Source: an uncultured Chloroflexia bacterium (lineage in GTDB: Bacteria > Chloroflexota > Limnocylindria > Limnocylindrales > CSP1-4). From it: a DNA stretch of 64,000 nt. The stretch covers positions 32,001 to 96,000 of the forward strand of contig CAVXPZ010000001.1 of the NCBI GenBank assembly GCA_963763775.1. Direction: 5' to 3'. The translations under genes were made by a program, and so were the position numbers. Under the pieces are notes generated by a model, which made no database searches, was not told the DNA's origin, and saw only the letters and a list, made by a program, of their open reading frames with translations. This document shows, in pieces, positions 15,325 to 25,907 of the stretch (positions are counted from its first letter, which is position 1; every line of letters starts with the position of its first letter).

Positions 15325-16135
15325 AGCTCCACGACCTGCGCCCCGCCGAGGGTGCGCACAAGCCGCGAACCCGCGTCGGCCGCGGCATCGCCGCCGGCAA
15401 GGGCAAGACGGCCGGCCGCGGCACCAAGGGCCAGAAGGCTCGGGCCGGCGGCTCGATCCCGCCCTGGTTCGAGGGCGGCCAGACGCCGCTCCACATGCGG
15501 ATCCCGAAGCTGCGCGGCTTCAAGAACCGTGGCCGCGTGGAGTTCGAGGTCGTGAACGTCGGCGCCATCAACGACCTCGTCGAGCGCGGCGCGTTCGAGA
15601 CCGAGGCGCCCAAGGGCGCCAAGGCGAAGGCCGCCGCCTCCGCGCAGATCACGATCAACCAGGACATCCTGCGGGCCGTCGGGCTCGTCCGGACGCTCAA
15701 CAAGCCGCTCAAGATCCTCGGCGGCGGCGAGCTCACCGCCGCCGCTGTTCGTCGTCGCCGATGCGTTCACCGCGTCCGCCCGGACGAAGATCGAGTCGGC
15801 CGGCGGCGTCGTCAACGTCCTCGAGGTCCCGACCACGGCCACGCCGGCGCTCAAGGGCGCCCGTCCCGAGGCCGCCGCGACCCCTGTCGAGGCTCCGGAG
15901 GCGACGACCCCGAAGGCCGAGAAGCCGCCGAAGGCCGCCAAGGCGCCGAAGGCCCAGAAGGTCGTCGAGACCGAGCCCGAGGCGGTCGCGGAGCCCGTCG
16001 TCGACGCGGAGACCGACCGAGACCGAGGCTGCGGTCCTCGCGGCCCCTGACGCGGAGGCCGCGTCCGAGAGTCCTGCCGCCGTGGAGGCCGAGTCGGCCG
16101 ACGAGGCCGAGCCGACATCCGGCGACGACGCCTAG
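15321..16135 (+). CDS. rplO: 50S ribosomal protein L15 with long low-complexity tail (apparent frameshifts at ~15741 and ~16015)
   Basis: [32 protein letters not shown]; removing one base restores [26 protein letters not shown]; true 3' end is inferred. Confidence 0.9.
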
Positions 16136-16138
16136 CCC

Positions 16139-17419
16139 GTGTTCGACTCTCTGCTGAACGCCTTCCGGGCGCCGGATATCCGGCGCCGGATCCTCTATGT
16201 CCTGGGCCTGTTGATCGTCTTCCGGCTCCTGGCCAGCGTGCCGGTCCCGGGCGTCGACAAGGCCCAGCTCCAGGGCTTCGTCAACAACAACCCGCTCTTC
16301 GGGTTGCTCGACCTCTTCTCCGGAGGCGGGTTGGCGAGGTTCTCGATCGTGGCGCTCGGCATGAACCCGTACATCAACTCGTCGATCATCATGCAGTTGA
16401 TGACCGGCGTCGTCCCGCGGCTGCAGGCGCTGAGCCGGGAGGGCGAGTACGGGCGGAACAAGATCAACCAGTACACGCGGTACCTGACGGTGCCGATGGC
16501 CATCCTGCAGGCCTACGGCTTCCTCGCGCTGCTCAACTACAACGGCGTGCTCTCGAGTGGCTTCGACCTCGCGAGCTTCGAGACGCTGACGCAGATCGCC
16601 ACGCTGACCGCGGGCGCGATCGCGCTGATGTGGATCGGCGAGCTCATCACCGAGCGGGGCATCGGGAACGGCATCAGCTTCATCATCTTCGCGGGCATCG
16701 TGAGCCGCGCCCCGAGCGCGATCACCGCGTTCATCGCGAGCCCGAACCTGGCGGCGTTCATCGCCTTCGCCGCGGTCGCGGTCGCGGCGGTCGGCGTGAT
16801 CATCTACATCCAGGAAGGCCAACGGCGCATCCCGATCCAGTACGCCAGCCGCGTGCGTGGCCGGCGCATGTACCAGGGCGGGCAGACGTTCCTGCCGTTG
16901 CGCGTCAACCAGGCCGGCGTCATCCCGATCATCTTCGCGGTCAGCATCCTGCTGTTCCCGCAGCAGCTCGCCTCGTACTTCACCGGGTCCGAGGTCAAGA
17001 TCGTCGCGGACATCGCGAACGGCATCGTCCGGTTCTTCAGCCCGGGCTCGCCGCTCTACATCGTCCTGTACTTCTTCCTGACGATGGGGTTCACGTACTT
17101 CTACACCGCGTTCACGTTCAAGCCCGATGAGACCGCCGAACAGCTGCGCAAGAACGGCGGCTTCATCCCGGGGATCAGGCCAGGTCGTCCGACACAGGAT
17201 TACCTTGCCCGGGTCGTGACCCGGATCACGTTCGCCGGCGCCCTCTTCCTGGCGATCGTGGCCGTCTCGCCGGCGCTCATCGCGATGATCTTCACCGACC
17301 TCTCCACGCTCGGCCTTGGCGGCACGAGCCTGCTCATCGTGGTGTCGGTGGTCGTCGAGACGATGAAGCAGATCGAGGCGCAACTGATGATGCGCAACTA
17401 CGAAGGCTTCATCAGATGA
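16139..17419 (+). CDS. secY: Preprotein translocase subunit SecY
   Basis: [49 protein letters not shown]. Confidence 0.98.
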   Translation: MFDSLLNAFRAPDIRRRILYVLGLLIVFRLLASVPVPGVDKAQLQGFVNNNPLFGLLDLFSGGGLARFSIVALGMNPYINSSIIMQLMTGVVPRLQALSREGEYGRNKINQYTRYLTVPMAILQAYGFLALLNYNGVLSSGFDLASFETLTQIATLTAGAIALMWIGELITERGIGNGISFIIFAGIVSRAPSAITAFIASPNLAAFIAFAAVAVAAVGVIIYIQEGQRRIPIQYASRVRGRRMYQGGQTFLPLRVNQAGVIPIIFAVSILLFPQQLASYFTGSEVKIVADIANGIVRFFSPGSPLYIVLYFFLTMGFTYFYTAFTFKPDETAEQLRKNGGFIPGIRPGRPTQDYLARVVTRITFAGALFLAIVAVSPALIAMIFTDLSTLGLGGTSLLIVVSVVVETMKQIEAQLMMRNYEGFIR

Positions 17420-17420
17420 G

Positions 17421-17541
17421 GTCGCCGGCCCTGGCGGCCGATCCCGGCGTCGCCGTCTGCGCACGATCGCTCACGCACCTTCGAGTGCGCTCGCTCTCGT
17501 GCTCGCCGACGCCCTGGGCTCGACTCGCCATGCGCGGCGAC
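17421..17541. repeat. REP/REPIN-like long imperfect palindrome, copy 1
   Basis: Nested inverted arms GTCGCCG...CGGCGAC and GCACGA...TCGTGC; 40-nt core shared with 23926-23965. Confidence 0.7.
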
Positions 17542-17552
17542 TTGCCCGACCG

Positions 17553-18215
17553 ATGACCGTCCTGGTCCTGCTCGGGGCTCCGGGGGCAGGGAAAGGGACG
17601 CAGGCGCCGATCCTCGCGCAACGTCTCGGCCTTCCGCACATCGCGACCGGCGACCTCTTTCGAGCCGCGGTCCGCGACGGGTCGCCGATCGGCATCGAGG
17701 CGCGCCGCTACATGGAGCGCGGCCAGCTGGTGCCCGACGACATCACGATCCGGATGCTCCTCGCCCGACTCGCCCAGGGCGACGCCGGGAAGGGCGTGAT
17801 CCTCGACGGGTTCCCGCGCAATCGGGCCCAGGCGGAGTCGCTCGACGGGGCCCTGGCCGAGCATGACGGGCGTGTCGACCGCGCGCTCCAGATCGACGTC
17901 CCCACCGAGGAGCTCGTGGTCCGGCTGTCCGGCCGGTGGGTCTGCCAGGCCTCGGGCCACGTCTACAACGAGACGACGAACCCGCCGAGGGCGACCGGCC
18001 GATGCGACCTGGACGGGTCGCCGCTGATCCAGCGGGACGACGACCGCACGGAGACGATCCGGGCCCGCCTGGCCCTCCAGCTGGGCAGCCTCCGCGACGT
18101 CGTGTCGTACTACCGATCGGCCGGCGTGCTGCGGACGGTGGACGGTCGCCAGGACATCGATGAGGTGACGGCGGCGCTGCTGGCCGCGGTCGACGACCTG
18201 TTCGAGGCCGCCTGA
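17553..18215 (+). CDS. adk: Adenylate kinase
   Basis: GAPGAGKGTQA, HIATGDLFR, LDGFPR, QRDDD. Confidence 0.97.
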   Translation: MTVLVLLGAPGAGKGTQAPILAQRLGLPHIATGDLFRAAVRDGSPIGIEARRYMERGQLVPDDITIRMLLARLAQGDAGKGVILDGFPRNRAQAESLDGALAEHDGRVDRALQIDVPTEELVVRLSGRWVCQASGHVYNETTNPPRATGRCDLDGSPLIQRDDDRTETIRARLALQLGSLRDVVSYYRSAGVLRTVDGRQDIDEVTAALLAAVDDLFEAA

Positions 18216-18216
18216 C

Positions 18217-18981
18217 ATGGTCACGAGGAAGTCGCGCGCCGAGGTCGACAAGATGCGCCGGGCCGGGCGCATCGTGGCCGAAGTGTTGGCCCTGATCGAG
18301 GAAGGCCTCAAGCCGGGCGTCTCGACGGCCGACCTCGACCGCCAGGCCGAGGCCCACATCCGCCGGTCCGGTGCCATCCCCTCCTTCAAGGGCTACCCCG
18401 GGATCAACCCGCGGACGCCGTTCCCGGCCAGCGTGTGCATCTCCATCGACGACGAGATCGTCCACGGCATCCCCGGGGAGCGCACGATCCGGACCGGGCA
18501 GATCGTCTCGGTCGACGCCGGCGCCATCCTCGACGGCTGGCACGGCGACTCAGCCCGGACCTTCTATATCGGCGACCCGCCACCCGCGATCGCCGACCTG
18601 ATCGCCACGACGCGCGACGCGATGCTCGCCGGGATCGCCGCCGCGGTCCCCGGCCGCCACATCGAGGACATCTCCGCCGCCGTGGAGGACGTCGCCAAGC
18701 CCAAGGGCTACGGGATCATCCGCCAGTTCGTCGGCCATGGCATCGGGACCGAGATGCACGAAGAGCCCCAGGTCCCGAACTTCCGGACCGGTCGGCCGGG
18801 CCGCAAGCTCGAGCCCGGCCTGTGCCTCGCGATCGAGCCGATGCTCACCATGGGCCGGCACGAGGCGCATGTCCTGCCCGACGACTGGACCATCGTCACG
18901 GTGGACGGGTCGCTCGCCGCGCACTTCGAGGACACCATCGCCGTGACCGAGCACGGTCCCGAGGTCCTGACGGCCCTGTGA
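18217..18981 (+). CDS. map: Methionine aminopeptidase type I
   Basis: CISIDDEIVHGIP, GHGIGTEMHEEP, AIEPM, AHFEDTI. Confidence 0.97.
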   Translation: MVTRKSRAEVDKMRRAGRIVAEVLALIEEGLKPGVSTADLDRQAEAHIRRSGAIPSFKGYPGINPRTPFPASVCISIDDEIVHGIPGERTIRTGQIVSVDAGAILDGWHGDSARTFYIGDPPPAIADLIATTRDAMLAGIAAAVPGRHIEDISAAVEDVAKPKGYGIIRQFVGHGIGTEMHEEPQVPNFRTGRPGRKLEPGLCLAIEPMLTMGRHEAHVLPDDWTIVTVDGSLAAHFEDTIAVTEHGPEVLTAL

Positions 18982-18986
18982 GGTGG

Positions 18987-19015
18987 TTGCCGGGATCACG
19001 CATCTTTGATACGCT
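18987..19015 (+). promoter_or_regulatory. Putative sigma70 promoter for infA-rpmJ-alpha genes
   Basis: TTGCCG-17 nt-TACGCT with TG extended -10. Confidence 0.5.
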
Positions 19016-19078
19016 ACGCGTTCGTGTGTCGGCCCAGCCGGGCCGACACTGCGCGTGAGAAAGGGAAGCACGTAGCCT

Positions 19079-19297
19079 GTGGCCAAGCGAGATGCGATCG
19101 AAGTCGAAGGGACGGTCATCGAACCGCTTCCGAACACGATGTTCGCCGTCGAGCTGGAGAATGGCCACCGGGTGCTCGCCCACATCAGCGGCAAGCTTCG
19201 GATGAATTTCATCCGCATCCTGCCGGGTGATCGAGTCCGTGTCGAGTTGTCCCCGTACGACCTGACGCGCGGCCGGATCACCTACCGCCTCAAGTGA
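19079..19297 (+). CDS. infA: Translation initiation factor IF-1
   Basis: [25 protein letters not shown]. Confidence 0.98.
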   Translation: MAKRDAIEVEGTVIEPLPNTMFAVELENGHRVLAHISGKLRMNFIRILPGDRVRVELSPYDLTRGRITYRLK

Positions 19298-19331
19298 TCG
19301 ATACCAGTCCTACCACGAGCCCGAGGATCCG

Positions 19332-19445
19332 TTGAAAGTCAGAGCTTCCGTCAAGGCGCGCTGCGACAACTGCAAGGTCATCCGTCGCCACGGCACCGTG
19401 ATGGTCATCTGCACCAATCCCAAGCACAAGCAGCGGCAGGGGTAA
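19332..19445 (+). CDS. rpmJ: 50S ribosomal protein L36 (absent from ORF track; TTG start)
   Basis: Manual translation [37 protein letters not shown]. Confidence 0.97.
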   Translation: MKVRASVKARCDNCKVIRRHGTVMVICTNPKHKQRQG

Positions 19446-19448
19446 CCG

Positions 19449-19820
19449 ATGGCACGCATCGCCGGCGTCGACATCCCGCGTGAGAAGCGCGTCGAGATCG
19501 CTCTGACCTACGTCTTCGGGATCGGCCTGCCGACCAGCCAGAAGATCCTGGCCCAGACGAACATCAATCCGGACACGCGCGTCCGCGACCTCACCGAAGA
19601 GCAGGTCAACCGGCTCCGCGAGCTGATCGACCGGCGCTACAAGGTCGAGGGCGACCTTCGCCGCGAGGTGGCGCTGAACATCAAGCGCCTCACGGAGATC
19701 GGGTCGTACCGCGGCCTGCGCCATCGGCGCAACCTGCCGGTGCGCGGCCAGCGGACCAAGACCAACGCTCGCCAGCGTCGCGGCCCCAAGAAGACCGTCG
19801 GCGTCCGGCGCAAGAAGTGA
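19449..19820 (+). CDS. rpsM: 30S ribosomal protein S13
   Basis: [23 protein letters not shown]. Confidence 0.98.
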   Translation: MARIAGVDIPREKRVEIALTYVFGIGLPTSQKILAQTNINPDTRVRDLTEEQVNRLRELIDRRYKVEGDLRREVALNIKRLTEIGSYRGLRHRRNLPVRGQRTKTNARQRRGPKKTVGVRRKK

Positions 19821-19837
19821 CGAGGGACTGACCAGGC

Positions 19838-20233
19838 ATGGCGGAACGCAAGCGAGCGGTCAAGCAGCGTCGGCGTGAGAAGAAGAACGTCCCGCAGGGG
19901 CACGTTCACATCCAGGCCACGTTCAACAACACGATCATCACGATCACGGACCTCAACGGGGCCGTCATCAGCTGGGGCTCCGCCGGCGTCGCCGGGTTCA
20001 AGGGCTCCCGCAAGAGCACCCCGTACGCGGCCGCGTTGTCGGCCGATGGCGCCGCTCGCCGGGCGATGGAGCACGGCATGCGCCAGGTCGAGGTGTACGT
20101 CAAGGGCCCCGGTGCCGGTCGTGAACAGGCGATCCGCTCGCTCCAGGCCGCTGGCCTCGAGGTCAGTGCCATCACCGATGTGACCCCCATCCCGCACAAC
20201 GGCTGCCGCCCGCCCAAGCGGCGCCGCGTCTAG
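19838..20233 (+). CDS. rpsK: 30S ribosomal protein S11
   Basis: [29 protein letters not shown]. Confidence 0.98.
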   Translation: MAERKRAVKQRRREKKNVPQGHVHIQATFNNTIITITDLNGAVISWGSAGVAGFKGSRKSTPYAAALSADGAARRAMEHGMRQVEVYVKGPGAGREQAIRSLQAAGLEVSAITDVTPIPHNGCRPPKRRRV

Positions 20234-20249
20234 CAGAGCCCGAGGACCC

Positions 20250-20876
20250 ATGGCCCGTTACACCGAAGCCGTCTGCCGCCTGTGCCGACGGGAGGGCGCC
20301 AAGCTCTTCCTGAAGGGCACGCGGTGCTATACCAAGAAGTGCGCGTTCGAGCGTCGGCCGACCCCTCCCGGTCAGCACGGCGTCCGTCGGCGCAAGGTCG
20401 CCGAGTACGGCCTCCAGCTGCGCGAGAAGCAGAAGGTCCGCCGCACCTACGGCGTCCTCGAGCGGCAGTTCCGGAACTACTTCGTCGACGCGGAGAACAA
20501 GCCCGGCGTGACCGGTGAGAACCTCCTGCGCTCGCTGGAGCTGCGCCTCGACAACGTCGTGTTCCGGATGGGCCTCGCCACGTCGCGCGCCCAGGCCCGC
20601 CAGCTCGTCGCGCACGGTCACTTCGCCGTGAACGGCCGGCCCACGAACATCTCGTCCTTCCGACTGAAGCCGGGCGACCGGATCGAGGTCCGCGAGACCC
20701 ATCGGACCCGCGAGCCCTTCAAGATCGCGAAGGAGACCCTGCGCAACCACCAGGCGCCCGAATGGCTGACGATCGACGCTGCCAGCCTCTCCGGGACCGT
20801 CGTCACCCCGCCCAGCCGCGACCAGATGCCGCTCGACCTCAACGAGCAGCTCGTGGTCGAGTACTACTCGAGGTAA
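20250..20876 (+). CDS. rpsD: 30S ribosomal protein S4 (Cys/zinc type)
   Basis: CRLCRREG...C...[22 protein letters not shown]. Confidence 0.98.
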   Translation: MARYTEAVCRLCRREGAKLFLKGTRCYTKKCAFERRPTPPGQHGVRRRKVAEYGLQLREKQKVRRTYGVLERQFRNYFVDAENKPGVTGENLLRSLELRLDNVVFRMGLATSRAQARQLVAHGHFAVNGRPTNISSFRLKPGDRIEVRETHRTREPFKIAKETLRNHQAPEWLTIDAASLSGTVVTPPSRDQMPLDLNEQLVVEYYSR

Positions 20877-20886
20877 CCGCACCCTC

Positions 20887-21876
20887 ATGATCGAACTCGA
20901 GAACCCGCAGATCGAGCCCGTCGAGGAGGTCGGCACGTACGCCAAGTACGAGGCCGGTCCGCTGCAGGCCGGCTACGGCGTCACGCTCGGCAACGCGCTC
21001 CGGCGCGTCCTCCTCTCGTCCCTGGAGGGCGCGGCGGTCACGAGCATCCAGATCCGTGACGTCTACCAGGAGTTCTCGACGATCCCGGGCGTCAAGGAGG
21101 ACGTCACCCAGATCGTCCTGAACGTCAAGAAGCTCCGCCTGAAGAGCTACGCGACACACCCGGTCCAGCTCCGCCTCATCAAGAGCGGCGCCGGCGCGGT
21201 GACCGCAGCCGACATCGCCGAGTCCGCCGACGTCGAGATCGTCAACCCGGACCTCGTCCTGATGACGCTCGACACGGACGACGTGACGATCGAGCTCGAC
21301 CTGACCGTCGAGCGCGGCGTCGGCTACCTGGGCGCCGAGCGAGCCGAGGCGCTGCCGATCGGCGTCATCGCCGTCGACGCGATCTTCACCCCGGTCAAGA
21401 AGGTCAACTACTGGGTCGAGGGCATGCGGGTCGGTCAGATGACCAACTACGACAAGCTCACGATCGAGATCGAGACCGACGGCACGATCAGCCCGGAGGA
21501 GGCCCTCAGCCGCTCCGCGGAGATCCTCGTCAACCAGTTCCGGCCGTTCGTGACGGTCGGCATGGCGGCGGTCCCGGCCGTGCCCGTGACCGGCGCGGCG
21601 ACGCTCCCCTCGAACATGCTCGACATGCCGATCGAGGAGCTGGACCTGCCGATGCGAGCCTACAACTCGCTCAAGCGCAACAACATCGTCAAGGTCGGCC
21701 AGCTGCTGCAGCTCAAGGACGACGACCTGCTCCGGATGCGCAACTTCGGCAAGAAGTCGCTCGACGAGATGAAGGAGCGCCTGCGGATGCGGGGCTTCAT
21801 CGTCCCGGACACGGAGACCGACGGCCTGGACCTCGAGGACGGCGACGAGCCGTTCGAGGACGAGACGGAGGCCTGA
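20887..21876 (+). CDS. rpoA: RNA polymerase subunit alpha
   Basis: GYGVTLGNALRRVLLSSL, alpha-CTD RAYNSLKR...NFGKKSLDE. Confidence 0.98.
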   Translation: MIELENPQIEPVEEVGTYAKYEAGPLQAGYGVTLGNALRRVLLSSLEGAAVTSIQIRDVYQEFSTIPGVKEDVTQIVLNVKKLRLKSYATHPVQLRLIKSGAGAVTAADIAESADVEIVNPDLVLMTLDTDDVTIELDLTVERGVGYLGAERAEALPIGVIAVDAIFTPVKKVNYWVEGMRVGQMTNYDKLTIEIETDGTISPEEALSRSAEILVNQFRPFVTVGMAAVPAVPVTGAATLPSNMLDMPIEELDLPMRAYNSLKRNNIVKVGQLLQLKDDDLLRMRNFGKKSLDEMKERLRMRGFIVPDTETDGLDLEDGDEPFEDETEA

Positions 21877-21879
21877 GTC

Positions 21880-22236
21880 GTGTCCTCCCATCGGATCGGC
21901 GGGCGCAAGCTCAGCCGCAAGCAGGGCCCGCGGCTCAGCCTGTACAAGAACCTGACCGTGTCCGTGCTCCGCTACGAGCGGGTCAAGACGACCGAGGCGA
22001 AGGCCAAGGAGATCAGCGGCCGGGTCGAGAAGATGATCACGCTCGCGAAGCGCGGCGACCTCGCCGCCCGACGCGCCGTGGTCTCGCAGTTCCCCAACGA
22101 ACCGCTCGTCGTGAACAAGCTGTTCGATGAGATCGCCCCCAAGTACGCCGACCGGTCGTCCGGGTACACCCGGATCGTCCGTCTCGGCCAGCGCCGCGGC
22201 GACGCCGCGGAAATCGTGCAGATCGAACTGGTCTGA
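21880..22236 (+). CDS. rplQ: 50S ribosomal protein L17
   Basis: [24 protein letters not shown]. Confidence 0.97.
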   Translation: MSSHRIGGRKLSRKQGPRLSLYKNLTVSVLRYERVKTTEAKAKEISGRVEKMITLAKRGDLAARRAVVSQFPNEPLVVNKLFDEIAPKYADRSSGYTRIVRLGQRRGDAAEIVQIELV

Positions 22237-22243
22237 TCCACCG

Positions 22244-23030
22244 ATGCCCGAGAGGGTGTCCTCGCGGCGCTTTCGCGCCCGGGTCGAATATGACGGAACG
22301 GACTTCGCCGGGTTCCAGGTCAATCCTGGGAAACGGACGGTCCAGGGGGTCCTGGAGGACGCGCTGCGTCGCCTCGGCAACGGGGTGGAGCGACGGGTCG
22401 ACGGGGCCGGCCGAACGGATGCCGGGGTCCACGCCGAGGGGCAGGTCATCGCCTTCTCCTACGACGGACGACTCTCGGCGACGGAGCTGGGACGGGCGCT
22501 CGATGCGCTGCTCCCCGGCGACGTCGCCATCCGGGATCTGCGTCGGACGACCTCGGGGTTCCATCCCCGCTATGCGGCGCGGTATCGGGAGTACCGCTAC
22601 ACCGTCTGGAACGGGCCGCGCAGCCCGCTCCGCGAGCGCTCGGCGCTCGGGGTGCGAGTCCCGCTCGACACCGCCGCGATGGCGGAGGCCGGGTCGGTCT
22701 TCCTTGGCCGGCACGACTTCAGCGCCTTCGGGGCGACGGACCGATCACCGGTCCGGACCGTCATGGCGGTCCGGGTCCGGCGGAAGGGACCGGTCGTGAC
22801 GATCGACGTCAGGGCCGATGTCCTTCCTCCGAGGGATGGTCCGCCGGATGGTGGCCGTCCTCGTGGAGGTCGGCCTGGGGAAGATGGATATGGAAGCGGT
22901 CCGGTCGGCGCTCGCCGATGCCGGACCAGCGAACGATGGGGCGGCTGCCCCGGCCAAGGGGCTCTGCCTCCGGCGCGTGGCCTTCGGGCGACGACCGGAC
23001 GAATGGAACGGAGAACACGAGGAACGATGA
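22244..23030 (+). CDS. truA: tRNA pseudouridine(38-40) synthase (apparent +1 frameshift at ~22820)
   Basis: [31 protein letters not shown]; continues as SFLRGMVR...APAKGL in ORF 22818-23030. Confidence 0.93.
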
Positions 23031-23458
23031 ACGCCAAGACCGTAGCCGTACGGGAGAGCGAGATCGAGCGACGATGGTTCGTCGTCGACGCGACGGACGA
23101 GACGCTGGGTCGCCTCGCGTCGCGCATCGCCCGTGTCCTCGAGGGCAAGCACAAGCCCACCTACCAGCCGAATCTCGACTCCGGCGACCACGTCATCGTG
23201 CTCAACGCCGCGAAGATCGCCGTGACGAGCAGCAAGCTCGAGTCGAAGATCTACGCCCGCCACAGCGGCTACCCCCAGGGCTTCAAGGAAGAGACCCTGG
23301 GCCACCTGCTGGCTCGTCGGCCGGAGGAGCCCATCCGCCGTGCCGTCAAGGGGATGCTGCCGCACAACCGCCTCGGCGCCCAGCAGCTGCGCAAGCTGAA
23401 GGTCTACGCCGGATCCGACCATCCGCATCAGGCCCAGCGGCCTGAGCCGCTCGCCTGA
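23027..23458 (+). CDS. rplM: 50S ribosomal protein L13
   Basis: WFVVDA...[27 protein letters not shown]. Confidence 0.97.
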   Translation: MNAKTVAVRESEIERRWFVVDATDETLGRLASRIARVLEGKHKPTYQPNLDSGDHVIVLNAAKIAVTSSKLESKIYARHSGYPQGFKEETLGHLLARRPEEPIRRAVKGMLPHNRLGAQQLRKLKVYAGSDHPHQAQRPEPLA

Positions 23459-23475
23459 CGAGGAGCCCGAACCGT

Positions 23476-23874
23476 ATGTCCGCCCCTGCCTTCTACTCCG
23501 GGACCGGTCGTCGCAAGACGGCCATCGCCCGCGTCCGGCTCCTGCCGGGCGAAGGTGAGATCGTCGTCAACGGCCGCTCGCTCGACGAGCACTTCGGCAA
23601 CGCGATCAACGAGACCGACGTCCGCATGCCGTTCCGCGTGACCGGCACCGAGGGCCGCTACAACGCGATGATCAAGGTCGAGGGTGGTGGCGTCACCGGT
23701 CAGGCTGGGGCCATCCGCCACGGCATCGCCCGTGCGCTGCTCGAAGTCGACCCGGAGGGCAACCGCCTCCCGCTGCGCCAGGCCGGCCTCCTCACGCGCG
23801 ATCCGCGCATGAAGGAGCGCAAGAAGTACGGCCTCAAGCGAGCTAGGAAAGCGCCTCAGTACACGAAGCGCTAG
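23476..23874 (+). CDS. rpsI: 30S ribosomal protein S9
   Basis: [31 protein letters not shown]. Confidence 0.98.
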   Translation: MSAPAFYSGTGRRKTAIARVRLLPGEGEIVVNGRSLDEHFGNAINETDVRMPFRVTGTEGRYNAMIKVEGGGVTGQAGAIRHGIARALLEVDPEGNRLPLRQAGLLTRDPRMKERKKYGLKRARKAPQYTKR

Positions 23875-23880
23875 TCGACG

Positions 23881-23998
23881 GCGCCGGCCAGGGACGCTCA
23901 TGCGTGCGTTGGTCGCTCCGCGCGCTCGCTCACGCACCTTGGGGTGCGCTCGCTCCCGTGCTCGCGTCCGCCTTCGCCTGAACGCCCCTGGTCGACGC
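23881..23998. repeat. REP/REPIN-like long imperfect palindrome, copy 2
   Basis: Arms GCGCCGGCCAGGG...CCCTGGTCGACGC; core TCGCTCACGCACCTTGGGGTGCGCTCGCTCCCGTGCTCGC matches 17467-17506. Confidence 0.7.
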
Positions 23999-24033
23999 AC
24001 GGCAGTTCGAACAGGGCGATGGAGCCCGGCGCG

Positions 24034-24987
24034 ATGACCGCGTCGCTGCATGGGCGGGACTTCCTGAGTGTCGCGGACTTCTCGGCGGCCGAGGTGGAGC
24101 GGGTGTTCGCGACCGCGACGGCGCTCAAGTCGGAGTTCCGGGACGGACGCCGGCACGCCGTGCCGCCGCTCGCGGGGCGGACGCTCGCGATGCTTTTCCA
24201 GAAGCCGAGCCTGCGCACGCGCGTGACCTTCGAGGCCGGGATGGCCCAGCTCGGCGGCCATGCCATCTACCTCACGAACGACGTCGTGCTCGGGGCGCGC
24301 GAGAGCGTCCGCGACGTGGCGCGGAACCTCGACCGGTTCGTCGACGGGATCGTGGTCCGGACGGGCCCGCAGGAGGTCGTCCTCGAGCTCGCCGCGCAGG
24401 CCGAGATCCCGGTGATCAATGGCTTGAGTCTGCGCGAGCATCCGTGCCAGGCCCTCGCCGACGTCTTCACGATCGGCGAGCGGTTCGGCGACGTCCGCGG
24501 CGTCAGCCTGGCGTTCGTCGGCGACGGCAACAACGTCTACCACTCGCTGGCGCTGCTCGGCGCCGCCCTCGGGATGGAGATCCGGCTCGCCCATCCTCCC
24601 GGCTACGCCCCGAACGAGCGGATCGTCGCCCGCGCCCGCGAGCTGGCCGCGGCCTCGGGTGGTCGGCTGGTCTTCGGCGAGGACCCGGTCGAGATCGTGC
24701 GCGGGGCGCAGGTCGTCTACACCGATGCGTGGACCTCGATGGGGCAGGAGGCCGAGGCCGAGGAGCGCCGCGACGCCTTCGCTGGCTTCCAGGTCGACGA
24801 CGCCCTCCTCGACGCCGCCGGCCCGGACGTCGTCGCCATGCACTGCCTGCCGGCCCACCGGGGCGAGGAGATCACCTCGTCCGTGATGGACGGACCGCGT
24901 AGTCTCATCTTCGACCAGTCGGAGAACCGGCTCCACGTCCAGAAGGCCTTGCTGGTCGAAGTCCTGGCAGGGGAGGACCACCCGTGA
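24034..24987 (+). CDS. argF: Ornithine carbamoyltransferase
   Basis: FQKPSLRTR, HPCQALAD, GDGNNV, TDAWTSMG, MHCLPAHRGEE. Confidence 0.93.
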   Translation: MTASLHGRDFLSVADFSAAEVERVFATATALKSEFRDGRRHAVPPLAGRTLAMLFQKPSLRTRVTFEAGMAQLGGHAIYLTNDVVLGARESVRDVARNLDRFVDGIVVRTGPQEVVLELAAQAEIPVINGLSLREHPCQALADVFTIGERFGDVRGVSLAFVGDGNNVYHSLALLGAALGMEIRLAHPPGYAPNERIVARARELAAASGGRLVFGEDPVEIVRGAQVVYTDAWTSMGQEAEAEERRDAFAGFQVDDALLDAAGPDVVAMHCLPAHRGEEITSSVMDGPRSLIFDQSENRLHVQKALLVEVLAGEDHP

Positions 24988-25865
24988 GCGATGCCCTCGA
25001 GCGCTACAAGGACGCGCTCCGTCGCGGCCACGCCGCGTCGCTTCGAGGGGCCTTCGACGAGGCCATCACCGCGTACCGCGAGGCGGCCACGATCGCACCG
25101 GACCGCGCGATGCCCCAGGCGAGCCTGGCCGGCGTGCTCGCCCGGACCGGGCGACTGAGCGAGGCGCTCGCGGCCTATGACGTGGCGCTGGCCCGCCAGG
25201 CGGATGACGAGGCGTCGCTGCGCGGCCGCGCGGAGATGCTCGTGATCATGGGCCGACGAGCCGAGGCGGCCGACACCCTGGACCGACTCGCGGACGTCCT
25301 CGACCGCGACGGGCGGCTCGCGGATGCCTGCGATGTCGCGAGTCGCGCCCTGGACCTCGCCGAATCGCGAGCCCGGCGACAGGGCCTCGAGGCCATGGTC
25401 GAGCGGCTGCGCGAATCCGGGGACGCCAGCGGCGTCGCCGATCTCGAGGCCGCCCTCGGCACGACGCCGGTCGCCGAGCCGAAGCGCGACCCCCGCAAGC
25501 CCGTGCTCGCGGCCGCGGCCGTGCTGTCGGCGGCGGCCGAGGCCGCGCTCGACGCCGGCGACCCCGACGAGGCGCGCCGCTGCTACCTCGAGGCGGCCGC
25601 AGCCCAGCGCTCGATCGGCAACCTGCATGCGGCGCTCGACCAGTGCTATCAGGCCCTCGCGATCTCCCCGGCCGACGGCGCCGTGCATCTCGCCCTGACC
25701 GAGCTCTACCTCGACCGGGGCTGGAGGACGCCCGCCGCCGACAAGCTCGTCCTCCTGGGACGGCTCTCGGAGCTCGGCGGCGACGAGCTCACCAAGGCGA
25801 GGCTCTGCACGATGGCCGCCGACCGGTTCCCCGACGACCAACGGTTCGCGGCCATCTGCGGCTGA
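24984..25865 (+). CDS. Tetratricopeptide-repeat protein
   Basis: Repeated Ala-rich helical units (EAITAYREAATIAPD, ALDQCYQALAISPAD); GTGA overlap with argF. Confidence 0.75.
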   Translation: MSDALERYKDALRRGHAASLRGAFDEAITAYREAATIAPDRAMPQASLAGVLARTGRLSEALAAYDVALARQADDEASLRGRAEMLVIMGRRAEAADTLDRLADVLDRDGRLADACDVASRALDLAESRARRQGLEAMVERLRESGDASGVADLEAALGTTPVAEPKRDPRKPVLAAAAVLSAAAEAALDAGDPDEARRCYLEAAAAQRSIGNLHAALDQCYQALAISPADGAVHLALTELYLDRGWRTPAADKLVLLGRLSELGGDELTKARLCTMAADRFPDDQRFAAICG

Positions 25866-25907
25866 CCGCCCGGCCGCGGGCGAGGGCGATGCTACACTCG
25901 CCCGACG

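Noticed and set aside
22127-23458. Apparent TruA-L13 fusion
   Set aside because: Result of the +1 shift at ~22820; the TruA C-terminus is intact in another frame ending at 23030
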